NCBI GenBank assembly: GCA_905178155.1
Contig: CAJINV010000010.1
Location: 2,748,587 to 2,812,586, forward strand
DNA length: 64,000 nt
Direction: 5' to 3'
Origin: Amoebophrya sp. A120
Taxonomy: Eukaryota > Protista > Dinoflagellata
Every line of letters begins with the position of its first letter. The stretch's first letter is position 1. Shown piece after piece: positions 23,516 through 33,862 of this stretch. A program made the translations under genes and the position numbers. The notes under the pieces were generated by a model, which had not been told where the DNA came from, did not search any database, and worked only from the letters and a program-made list of their open reading frames with translations.

Positions 23516-23725
23516 TCTTGCGGGTAATTCTGGCTATGGAGCGGCGTTTAACGTGGCAAGTCGCTGGCTGTCGATCTTATTTTCCCGCAGGCCTGGGCCG
23601 TTTTGTGGATCTTTGCTCGTTCGTTTATTTTGAAAACTGCGCGCGTTTGAAGATCATGGCGCGTTTCATATTTTCCGCGGCGGGACTTTCTCGGAAGCTT
23701 GGCCGGAGCTTTTGCCGAGAAAGGT

Positions 23726-25395
23726 CGGGAGGGTGTTCGCGCCGCCTCCTTCTCTATGTGCGAACAGATTCCGGCGGCCATTTTCTCCCGTGTTTTCTTG
23801 TGTCTGCTGCGGGGCCTCTTTCTCTATCTGCGAACAGTTTGAAAGCCACGCAGAAGCGACGAGGCAAACGGCGGAACACAAGGAGGCAGGGGGGCCAGGC
23901 CTTCCTTCGGGACAAGGAAGATAGAGACGGGGAAGAGTGGAAAGACGAAAAAGGCGGGAAAAACCGCACAGACTGTGAGAACTGGGAAGGCTAGGGCAGC
24001 CTGTAGGAAAGACTGGGCGGGGCGGCTGAGAGGGTTGAGAAGCTCAAAAGGCGAAGGAAGTTCGAAAGGTTGAGCAAACTGGAGAAGCTGGGAAGGCTGA
24101 AAACCTGGGAAGGCGGGGAAACGGGAGCGAGCAAGCTTGGAAGCGAAGGCGCTGACTTGCTGAGTGGCCTCGGCGTAGCTTTTGCCTAGAGCGGGAGGGC
24201 GTTCGCGCCGCCTCCCTCTCTATGTGCGAACAGATTCCGGAAGCTGTTCCGCCTTTCTCTTTGTTGCGGCGGCTGTTTTTCTGTCATAGAACTGCTAAGG
24301 CAACCGAGAGGCCAGCAGCTCCATGGAAAAGCCCAGCGGCCGCAGAGCCCGAAGGAGGCGCGGCGGGGCCCCGTTGCTGCAGCTTCGCAGCGGCAGCAGG
24401 TAGATTGGCTGGCGCGCCTGAAACAACTGTGGCAGGCAGCTCGGAGTAGCTACAAAACCGGCTTTAAGTAGCTAAAGGACCGGCTTTAGCTAACAAGGCG
24501 GGTTTAGCTAACAAGCCGGGTTTAGCTAACAAGCCGGCTTCGGGTAAAAAACCGGCTTTAGCTAAAAAATCGGCTTCAGCTAAAAAACCGGCTGCCGCTA
24601 AAAAAGAAACCGGCATCGGCTAAAAAACCGGCCTCAGACAGCTAGAAAGCCGTCTTTGGCTTTAGCTAGAAAACCGGTCTTAGCTAAAAGAACCGGGAAC
24701 GAAGCTGGGAGGCCGACAGGCTGGGAGGTTGACAGGCTTGCTGGGAAGGCGGGGGGTTTGGGGGCTGGGAGGGCCAAGGGCTAAAAACTGCAAAAATGGA
24801 GAAGCGAAAACGAAAAAGCCAGGAGGCAGACAGGCTGGGGGGCGAGCAAGCTTGGAAGCGAAGGCGCTGACTTGCTGAGAGGCCTCAGCGTGGAATTTGC
24901 CTAGAGCGGGAGGGCGTTCGCGCCGCCTTTCTCTATGTGCGAACAGATTCCGGAAGCTGTTCCGCCTTTCTCTTTGTTGCGGCGGTTGTTTTTCTGTCCT
25001 CGAGCTGCCAAGGCAACCGAGAGGCCAGCAGCCCCATGGAAAAGCCCAGCGGCCGCAGAGCCCAAAGGAGGCGCGGCGGGGCCCCGTTGCTGCAGCTTCG
25101 CAGCTTCAGCAGCTAGATTGGCTGGCGCGCCTGAAACAACTGTGGCCGTCGGTAAGTAGGCTGAGCAGGCAGGAAACGCCCGGAGTAGCTACAAAACCGG
25201 CCTTAGCTAACCAGCCGGGTTTAGCTAACAAGGCGGGTTTAGCTAGCAAGCCGGGTTTACCTAACAGGCGAGGCCGGCTTTGGGTAAAAGACCGGCTTTA
25301 GCTAAAAAAGAAACCGGCTTGCTCAGCTAAGAAACCGGCTTCAGCTAAAAAGCCGGCTTTGGCTTTAGCTAGAGAACCCGTCTCAGCTAAAAGAA
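23726..25395. repeat. Complex direct-repeat block: three copies of GGGAGGGYGTTCGCGCCGCC...TATGTGCGAACAGATTCCGG; two ~300-bp copies, each followed by AAACCGG/TTAGCT arrays
   Basis: Long copies at about 24128-24432 and 24843-25145; shorter copy at about 23726-23775. Confidence 0.85.
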
Positions 25396-25396
25396 A

Positions 25397-25515
25397 CCGG
25401 GAGGCCGGGAAACCGGGAAGCCGGGAAGCCGGGAAGCCGGGAAGCCGGGAAACCGGGAAGCCGGGAAGCCGGGAAACCGGGAAGCCGGGAAACCGGGAAG
25501 CCGGGAAACCGGGAA
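25397..25515. repeat. 8-bp satellite (CCGGGAAR)n running into the assembly gap
   Basis: Direct reading. Confidence 0.95.
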
Positions 25516-25753
25516 NNNNNNNNNNNNNNNNNNNNNNNNNNNNNNNNNNNNNNNNNNNNNNNNNNNNNNNNNNNNNNNNNNNNNNNNNNNNNNNNNNNNN
25601 NNNNNNNNNNNNNNNNNNNNNNNNNNNNNNNNNNNNNNNNNNNNNNNNNNNNNNNNNNNNNNNNNNNNNNNNNNNNNNNNNNNNNNNNNNNNNNNNNNNN
25701 NNNNNNNNNNNNNNNNNNNNNNNNNNNNNNNNNNNNNNNNNNNNNNNNNNNNN
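25516..25753. other. Assembly gap (N run)
   Basis: 238 Ns. Confidence 1.
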
Positions 25754-25894
25754 AGGGTATCGCTGGAGTGGTTCCGGGTAAGGGTATCGCTGGAGTGGTT
25801 TCGGGTAAGGGTGTCGCTGGAGTGGTTTCGGGTAAGGGTATCGCTGGAGTGGTTTCGGGTAAGGGTATCGCTGGAGCGGTTTCGCATAAGGGTA
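25754..25894. repeat. 27-bp minisatellite (AGGGTATCGCTGGAGTGGTTTCGGGTA)n, about 5 copies visible
   Basis: Direct reading; emerges from the gap. Confidence 0.95.
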
Positions 25895-26864
25895 CGCGGG
25901 GAGTGATAAAGTGCTTCACGATTTCAGTGCTTTCGGGCAATTTCCACCTTTTCCGGGTCTATATATATTTTATTTATGTCAGATTTCAATCATGTCCAGA
26001 CATGACTAGAAAGAATGAAAACAGATAAAATGAATTCGAGTCAATCGACAAACAGTCAAGAGATGTCCATATGTAGCAAAATTGCTTAGTGGAACACAGA
26101 ATGCAAATTTCTCGTGAAGATGAATTCACGGAGAGCAAGAGTTTACAATTGTATTTTTACTTTTAAGCCCTTATAACAGATGTTGTCACTTCAAGACTTA
26201 CAGGCGTGCGCAGTGCAGTTTGCGGCACGTCGTAGTCTCAAAGTTCCTAACTGTTTTTGGGTTCAAAATGGTTTTTGAAAACAACGCAAATTCATCATCA
26301 TTGTTTTTGCCTCGTCAATTTCGCGTGCAATGAAGTCCAGATTACAATTTCTAGTGTTGGAAAACTGTTGCTACATTTTTTCGCACACAAGAGGAGTTTC
26401 GTGATCTACTTCATTTTTCATTGCTGAGTGGAGTCTGTTGCTGCGGAGAAAAGATCTTTTCATGTTGTCCTCGCAAATCTGTAATGCTATTTTGCGCTTC
26501 GAACACGGTGAGAATGGTGTACAGACGGTTTCTATGGACACCCGTCGCTACACCATACTAAGAATAAGTAGAACGAAAAGAAATATTATTGCTAGACCGA
26601 TATCGATTTCATTTCTGTTCTCTTCGTCTTCAGCACTTATCAGATCGGGAACGAGCATGAAATCCCGTCGAAAGGAAATAATTGATTCGAAGAAATTATT
26701 GTCTCCTACCTATGATGGATCTCGGGATGAATGTTTTCTTTCGGAAATCAAGGATATCTGGGTTATTTCGTTTTAGTTTTCTGATTGTCGCAAAGCAAAA
26801 GCTCAAAGCCTCCAGCTGCTGGCGCTATGTGCAACACGCCGGAGCCTCTTCGTTTCTTTGACAG

Positions 26865-28253
26865 TTATATTTGGCAGCGCACGACCGCTCTGGTATGGCA
26901 TATGCTCTGAGCCGCGCACTGTGCTTGATTTTTCCTCTCCTGTTCATTCTCATCATTTTGACTTTCAATCAAAACCCGGCTCGCAAACTGAGAAATCTCA
27001 TCTTTACTTTTGGTCACGGAGATAAAGTAAGAATCCAGGTTCTGAAAAGTTCGCCCGAAATTTGAGTTGTTACTTTTGGTGTCCGCGTCGTTGTCGGCTC
27101 GCTGGCATGGCAAGTAGTGCAAGATTTTCCCGATGCTTCCGTCGCCGTCGTTGCCCAGCAGCCCATTTTCCAACATCTTCGCTTTTGGAATCATTCCCAC
27201 ACGCGTTAGCCGGAGCTTGTCGTTACGGTCGTCCGCAGTAAGAAAAAGAAAAACATCAATTTCGTCGCTGGTTGTGAATGGTGTGCGTGCCATTCCTTTG
27301 GTCATTTTGTACAGATGAAAACGGACGTGGCGGGAGTAGTACCCCGTGCCGCCCTTCGTCCACGTCGAAGCGCGAAAGAGCACCCGGCGCTGGCGTAGCT
27401 CCGCATTGTGGTGCGCGACCAGAATTGTTGGTGGGAAGCACATTTCCGCGAAAACCGGCAACTGCATGAGCTGGAGGAGCAAAATTCGATTGTGCAAAAG
27501 CGCCGTCGACGTGGCCGACGTGCGAATCCACTGGAGGTGTGAAGATGCGCTGGCAGCGCTGATCGCCGTTGCCATGCTTTCAGGCAGGCTTGCGGCACTC
27601 CTCACCCGGCTCTCGAAGCAACTATCTTGCGACGAAGACAGCAGCAACCCCTCCAGGCGTTCTCTCAGTTGGTGACTAGCAGCAGCACCGTCGAGGTTGA
27701 TAATATCGTCGGAATCCAGTTTCAGTCGTACGAACTTGTTGGCATGTGCAACCGGACTCGAGTCAGTGATGCAGATGGAGTTAGTTGCTATCGATGTCAC
27801 GAGAAGTGGGAGGTCCGGATATCGATCGTGGGATGGGTTCCTCAACTCGTAAAAATATTTTGAATTTACAAAGTTGATCGAATGGGGCATCTCACGAGCG
27901 CCATGAATTTCTTCTTCCTTGCTGCCGCGAGGCACGCCTGTGGAAGTCATTTCTTTCGCAGCGATTCCGCGTGTGGAGTTGGTGTTCCGCACCTGAAGTG
28001 GTACCCAGTTCCTCTTCTTCGGTGCTCTCCCTTCTTCTCCTTCTTCTTTTGGATCAGGGCATTGAAACGCGGCCCGTTTGCGCATTAGCAGAGGAAACGC
28101 CGACTGCTTCGGGAGGCCGTAAAACTCGAACTCCGGAGCAAGGGCACGCGCACGATTTACAAACCACAGAATCCCTTTTCCTTGTTCTAAGCGCCGGCAG
28201 GTGCGTTTGCTTACTGCTTGTGGTGCAGACCGAGCCGAAGAGAGTGCCAACAT
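26865..28253 (-). CDS. Hypothetical 462-aa protein, paralogue of 28625-29959, possible degenerate PD-(D/E)XK-like fold
   Basis: Intronless ORF; shared blocks EQGxGIxWF, FPLLMR, NWxxLQxRxTN, RVLFRASxW, DxFLFL, RxGxxPKxxMLExG. Confidence 0.75.
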   Translation of the reverse strand: MLALSSARSAPQAVSKRTCRRLEQGKGILWFVNRARALAPEFEFYGLPKQSAFPLLMRKRAAFQCPDPKEEGEEGRAPKKRNWVPLQVRNTNSTRGIAAKEMTSTGVPRGSKEEEIHGAREMPHSINFVNSKYFYELRNPSHDRYPDLPLLVTSIATNSICITDSSPVAHANKFVRLKLDSDDIINLDGAAASHQLRERLEGLLLSSSQDSCFESRVRSAASLPESMATAISAASASSHLQWIRTSATSTALLHNRILLLQLMQLPVFAEMCFPPTILVAHHNAELRQRRVLFRASTWTKGGTGYYSRHVRFHLYKMTKGMARTPFTTSDEIDVFLFLTADDRNDKLRLTRVGMIPKAKMLENGLLGNDGDGSIGKILHYLPCQRADNDADTKSNNSNFGRTFQNLDSYFISVTKSKDEISQFASRVLIESQNDENEQERKNQAQCAAQSICHTRAVVRCQI

Positions 28254-28624
28254 TGTCTTTTCGGTGTCTTTTAGTGTCTTCTCAACTACAGCCTTGTGAT
28301 AAAATATGAGAATGCAGACGACGTGGTCGACCCCACCACCTGCGCCTCTAATTCTCCTTGTCTTCTAAAGTGAAGAAGTGTGCTTTCACTTGCCAGCTCC
28401 ATTGCCAACACCAACAATCATTCGTGCTCTCGAGAGGCCTGATTATCTCTCCTTACAGGGTAGCAAGTACTGTTGCTCTAGACCTTTTCTGCTCTCCTCC
28501 TCCTCGGATTGGCACTTACTTGCGTGGGCGCCGCGAAACACGGTCCGAACACAAGGACTACAGGGGCGTCGTCCGTTTTCGGGAGCTCATCTTCAACAAT
28601 TTGCTCTTTGCTTTGCTCCGATAC

Positions 28625-29959
28625 TCACGACGTGAGTCCTGCCGATGTAGCTGCTTCTGGCGGGTAGACGACTCGTTCATCGAGTCGCTCTCGCGCAGCG
28701 ACCAGGCGGTCCTCGGCAGAGTTGCTTGTATCTGCCGAGACCTCACAAAGAATTCGCTCTGCGAAAGTAGAAACTGTCTCGTCATCAGCCGCCTGCGAGA
28801 CGAAATACGAGCCGAGACCACCAAAATTTCTGCCGATGATCTTCTCCTGTGGCCCATCGCTGCAGCGAACGCGCAGAAAGACACGTCCCCCGGACCCGTG
28901 GCAGCGCAAGTGACCAGACTCCAGCATGGCCTTCTTCGGCACTAGCCCAATTCGTGTGACCTTCGACGTGTCTGACGGGTCGTCGGCGACGAGGAAGAGA
29001 AAAATATCCACGTCGTCTGTATCTTCATACGGCATCCGCCGGATGGTGCCATCCAACTCCGTTTTGTGCTTATGAAAGTGGATTCGCCCCGAGTAGATGC
29101 GCTCAGACTTGGCTCCGCGTGCGTACCACGAGGAGGCGCGGAAGAGAACGCGGTGCCCACGCAGCGTTGCGTTGTAAGCGCCGCCCGGAAACTCGGGATC
29201 GAACCGGAGATCACGAAAAACAGGCCGTTTCATCGCCTGTATCAACGCTTGTCGATTGCGGTGGAACCCCGGGGTGGCTGCCGAAGCTTCAATCATGTCA
29301 AGTAGGCGTGTGCTGGCGCACGTGCCACGGACTGGGCAAATCTCTTTTCCCCGTAGTTGTCCTTGAAGATGGGCTGCTGTTTGTTCGTCGCAAAGGTCGA
29401 TGAGGCACGAAGCGAGGGTTTGCTCCGCACCGGGGTCATCCAGATTGAGGAAATCGTGTGAGCTAGTCCGGATGTTGAGATAGACGCTGGTCTCGTGCGG
29501 AGCGAGGACACAGAGAGAGTTTGTCGCCACGGATGTAATGACCACCGGAATATGCGGAAAACGGTAGAAAGATGGGTTTTTCAGGCGGCACAATAGGTCA
29601 CTGTTTGATGTTGTCGAAGATATCGAAGATCCACTCCTGCTGTTGCTGCCTGCAGCAGCTTGGAGAAAGTTGGTGCTACGAAGCTGCAAAGCCGTCCAGT
29701 TGCCGGAGAATGGGTCGTCACCACTGCTTGCTCCAGATCGTCTGCGACGCATCAGAAGCGGAAAGACCGACATCTTTGGCAGGCAGAAAAACTCGAGCGT
29801 CGGGGCAGCGCGTCGGGCGAGCTGCAAAAACCACACGATCCCGTTCCCTTGCTCAACCCGGTGTGGTTGCTGTCCCGCTGCAAGTAACGAGCCTGCTCCT
29901 CGACCCTTCCCACGATGGAAAGGCGCGCTCGAGCGTGTCAACATTTTGTGCAAATACAA
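28625..29959 (-). CDS. Hypothetical 444-aa protein, tandem paralogue of 26865-28253
   Basis: Same conserved blocks; basic, Ser/Ala-rich N-terminus. Confidence 0.75.
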   Translation of the reverse strand: MYLHKMLTRSSAPFHRGKGRGAGSLLAAGQQPHRVEQGNGIVWFLQLARRAAPTLEFFCLPKMSVFPLLMRRRRSGASSGDDPFSGNWTALQLRSTNFLQAAAGSNSRSGSSISSTTSNSDLLCRLKNPSFYRFPHIPVVITSVATNSLCVLAPHETSVYLNIRTSSHDFLNLDDPGAEQTLASCLIDLCDEQTAAHLQGQLRGKEICPVRGTCASTRLLDMIEASAATPGFHRNRQALIQAMKRPVFRDLRFDPEFPGGAYNATLRGHRVLFRASSWYARGAKSERIYSGRIHFHKHKTELDGTIRRMPYEDTDDVDIFLFLVADDPSDTSKVTRIGLVPKKAMLESGHLRCHGSGGRVFLRVRCSDGPQEKIIGRNFGGLGSYFVSQAADDETVSTFAERILCEVSADTSNSAEDRLVAARERLDERVVYPPEAATSAGLTS

Positions 29960-30545
29960 ACTCGATATACCAATTCTGTCCAGCGTGTACTGATCCGACT
30001 TCGCTTTTGCACTTGATTATTGTCTTTGTGCAACTACCTGCCCCTCACAGCCCCGGTGGGAACAAGAAATGAGAGTTCGTCACTCACGGACCTGCAGCTC
30101 GCCTTGAAGACGCCGCTGGGTCCTCCACGAGTGCATATTCTGTTTCTGCTGTACTCTCATGAAGGTTTTCTCGTTATACATAGAGCAACACGCCAACGAT
30201 CTGACTCTGAACTCTGACATATAGAAAGATCAGGTGTAAACAGAAGTTCCATCATTTGCTTAGGAAGCACATATTTCGAGTTTAATTCAGAAGGAGGCGG
30301 ACACGACCTGGAACGGAGTCGAATCCGAATGGTGAATACTGTTGTATAAAATGGTGCAGTTACTGTTACAACTACACGGGTTACAGATCAGCGAGAAGTT
30401 GACGGTCATTTTTTTCCGCGCCATTCAACGAGGCGCGGACAATTGCAAAGTTTGCACCTCATCTAGGAGGAGCAGCGACGTCATTTTAGATCGTTCTACT
30501 CTAGGTACTTTCTCTTCATCTGAATCCGTTTCATCTGAATCGTCC

Positions 30546-32966
30546 TCAAAATGGCTCATCATTTCCTGTCCCATATTGAATGTCGTCCCACTCCTCCTGA
30601 CGAGCAATTTGGGAGTTGCTATAGCTGATGCGCTTGCTCCACAGCCTATCCGGACCATGCACAGGCAGATCGAGAATCGACGCAGCGCGCAGCAGGTCGT
30701 GCTTGAAGGGAAATAGTCTCGGGTCGTTTCTCCGGCGAGGAAGTGCGCCTGCTTGATACCAGCAGCGAAGAGTACAAGCGCACTGCATGATGGTGGCCCG
30801 ATCTCCCGTTCCGCTTTGGTTCTCGAGAATAGAAATCATCCTCTTAAACCCTGTTTGGCAAGCAATGGTGGTGCGGGCGCCAGTCCAGACCGGGGCCTCC
30901 TCGTTGCGGAACGCTTGCTTCAGCGCCCGTGCGGTTTCACCATTGACAGTGACATCGAATTCGAGAACGTACCGTAGGTCATGTCTGCGAGTGTGGTAGG
31001 GGTAGAGATTGCGCTTTTTCTTGTCAAGGAAGACCTCGTGCCAAAATTGCAGTGTCACTTCTTGCATCTCCTGCTGGAACTGCACAGCCCTCTGTGTCGG
31101 TCCACCAAAGGCCGTACTGTTTGGGTCGGACCAGTGTCGACGCTCCAAAGCCCGCGCCTTTTCGAGCTCCGCCACCCAGAACGGCTCGGGCTGTTCTCTC
31201 ATCTGACTCATGAGCTGGCTGATGTTGGGATCTGCTACTTCGCTTTTTTGTTCGTCGTGATCGACTGTCGCGAGGACGGTTTCGATGTCGCCATGAAACC
31301 ACGGAGGGTTGCTTCGTCCCAAGCTTGCCATTGGACATACGAGCTCATCGGGATGCGCCATCTGATGATACTCCGCATAATATTGCATCACCGACCCGAT
31401 GGACAGCGTAACACGGTTCAACGGATCAAAATTGGATCTATGACTGGCATTAATTGCTTCGTCGACGTCGTGCAATCCGGATCTGGCAAACAGATCTGCC
31501 ATCTTTAGTCGCTTGGACAAGCCAACCTCGAACTCAAGTTCACGCAGTTGCGATGGGTGAAAAGATGGAACAGGGCCGTAAGTCACTGGACAGAGCTTTT
31601 CAAGCAGCTGTTTGTGCTCCGGTGCTGTTGGTGCACTTTTTTCCGGAGGTTGCTCCGCAGTTGCCCCAAGCCCCAGATGCTTCCCCAGGTAGCCTTCCGG
31701 GTGAAGCCGGTAGCCGAGAATGGCGAAGTCTTCGCGCGTGTAGTTCCCCTCCAGAAATATGCTGGGAGTGTAGGTGAAGACGTTAGGAGGCTGGGTTTTT
31801 TGCCGTTGATTCACGTCGAGGTGCTGTTTGGTGCTTCCAAGTGCTTCTGCTTCATGCTCTGTTCTCTCAGGAAACGAGGACGCCCGCGTAGAAGTAGTTG
31901 CCATTGCCACGTCGCCCTCGCACTGAGGCGGTGCCACTGAAGAAGTAGACAAGGTATTGCTGCTACTCGCTATTATGGTCGAAGCAGCCGTGTCTTTCCT
32001 ACCGGGCCACCGCACCGTCAGTCCCAGCATGGCGCGGGCGTTGCGCTCACAGATTGAGGGGGCAATCGGGTCCTTCGCAAAGAGAAAGATCTCGCGGAGA
32101 AGTTCGTCGGGCAACGTTTGGACGGGCTTCTCTTGCTGACCCCCATGTGTTCCCACGGTCGCTTTCGACGACATTTCTTCTTTCTGTTTCTTCTCCCAGC
32201 ACACACACACCGCGTTTGTCGCGCGCTCGGCTGGTGAGTAGAGTACTGCGGCATTTGCTACTCGGGGATACAGGTCGTTCAAGTAGTCGTGCGCAAACTG
32301 CGCCTCGGGCGTGGCTGGCGCGGGTCTTTCCGCTGGGACGATGATTTCATCTTGCGGACCGAAACCTTCTTGCAGCAAGTGCTGCTGCACGGCGAGAAGA
32401 GCAGCTGCTGGCTCGGGTTGCCATTCAGCATTGGTTCGCGGATCATCTGCATCAGCGACAAACTCGATTGCCTGTTGTTGCAAGGCAGGTTCGGCGTTGG
32501 CTTCTGTGCCCAGCGGATCGACCAATGCTTCATCCTCCTCTTCGAGCACAATTACCTCTGGTAATTCTTCTGCCTGCGCTGGGCGGGGTTGTGCCCGTTC
32601 CACGGCGGTGTCGGCCACAATTGCTTCTTCCGCTCGGACAGGCACAGGGTGGGGGTCGCTGTGCAATGCCACGAGTGTAGGCTGGAGAATGGGAGAGCGT
32701 GGTAGCGCTGGGTAAGGCAATTCTTCGTGCCGCGGAGCCAAACCATTTTGAATCGCAACTGATTCATCATCGTGAATTTCCTCCTGCACGACAACACTGT
32801 GCACCAATGGTGCTTTTCTACTGGATCTCCGGCCAAAAGCTAGATGGACGTTGTCATTCAATCTTAGCCACAACACACCTCCAATGAGAGCAAATAAGGA
32901 GCAGAGAAACAACAAGATCTCTACTTGATGTACTCCTCCATCAATTTCAAAAAAGAGCCACAACAT
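30546..32966 (-). CDS. Hypothetical protein with N-terminal TM helix and F-box-like motif
   Basis: 806-aa ORF; ILLFLCSLFALIGGVLWL; LPDELLREIFLF. Confidence 0.65.
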   Translation of the reverse strand: MLWLFFEIDGGVHQVEILLFLCSLFALIGGVLWLRLNDNVHLAFGRRSSRKAPLVHSVVVQEEIHDDESVAIQNGLAPRHEELPYPALPRSPILQPTLVALHSDPHPVPVRAEEAIVADTAVERAQPRPAQAEELPEVIVLEEEDEALVDPLGTEANAEPALQQQAIEFVADADDPRTNAEWQPEPAAALLAVQQHLLQEGFGPQDEIIVPAERPAPATPEAQFAHDYLNDLYPRVANAAVLYSPAERATNAVCVCWEKKQKEEMSSKATVGTHGGQQEKPVQTLPDELLREIFLFAKDPIAPSICERNARAMLGLTVRWPGRKDTAASTIIASSSNTLSTSSVAPPQCEGDVAMATTSTRASSFPERTEHEAEALGSTKQHLDVNQRQKTQPPNVFTYTPSIFLEGNYTREDFAILGYRLHPEGYLGKHLGLGATAEQPPEKSAPTAPEHKQLLEKLCPVTYGPVPSFHPSQLRELEFEVGLSKRLKMADLFARSGLHDVDEAINASHRSNFDPLNRVTLSIGSVMQYYAEYHQMAHPDELVCPMASLGRSNPPWFHGDIETVLATVDHDEQKSEVADPNISQLMSQMREQPEPFWVAELEKARALERRHWSDPNSTAFGGPTQRAVQFQQEMQEVTLQFWHEVFLDKKKRNLYPYHTRRHDLRYVLEFDVTVNGETARALKQAFRNEEAPVWTGARTTIACQTGFKRMISILENQSGTGDRATIMQCACTLRCWYQAGALPRRRNDPRLFPFKHDLLRAASILDLPVHGPDRLWSKRISYSNSQIARQEEWDDIQYGTGNDEPF

Positions 32967-33862
32967 CTTTTCGTCCGTATGATAGCAGTTTCTTTATTCT
33001 TTGGTATTGCTTCTTCAACAAAAAAAATTCAGAACTCTTTGCTATTGATTTCGTTCTGGGATCGTTGAAGAGAAAATTTTCTTCGTTTGACTGTCTAAAA
33101 GCCAAAATCTCGGCGAGCTCCATCAAGTAAAGAAATCAGAGCTTGACGAACGACGCAACAGCACGTCGTATGAACGGCTGTTCTATTGGAGACGAGTACG
33201 AAGCGAGACGAGAGATCGCACCAATTTATCGTCAACGAGAAGTCAAATTAAAGCCGTCTTGAAACGAATAGAAATTCCTCCTCGTCACTCAGCGACAACT
33301 GCACGAGGCAGAGTGATCGTGATAGAGATTCAAGTACGCCTACGCTATTGAAAGCGCAGCCACATTGGTCGATAACTAACTCCGCTGCGGGTCAAACCAC
33401 GACCCAGTGAAATTTGTATTGCCGGCGTTTTTCGATTTTGTTTGTTTGTACAAAGATGGCAAGTCCTGTGACCGGTTCCTCCGATAAGCATATCTGTTTC
33501 TGTACTAGGAATCCTTTGGCAAAAATATTTATTTTTTATTGCCATCCGTGCATCACTCGACCGTGACGCCGGTAATTTGTCTGTAACGATTAATTTTACC
33601 TTGCGAAACACTTGCGGTTTTTCAATCTTGTATTTGGTATTTGGAATCTTAAAACTCGCACTTTGCTCGAAACAATTTTACCTTGTGCTTTTGATACAAT
33701 CTGCTCTACTCACAGAGACAGTGTAAGTCCGAGTAAGTTGGTTCAGAAGTCCTAATTTTGTCATTACAAGTAGTAGTTGCTGATGGTTTTATTTTGAAAG
33801 ATGAATCCATCCTTTCCCCAGCCTCCCTTCCTCCACCACACCTTCATTTTCCGCCTGAAGTC

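Noticed and set aside
25397-25894. Tandem repeats as a CRISPR array, telomere or repeat protein
   Set aside because: No unique spacers or cas genes, not TTTAGGG-type, and the ORFs are artefacts of stop-free repeats spanning Ns.
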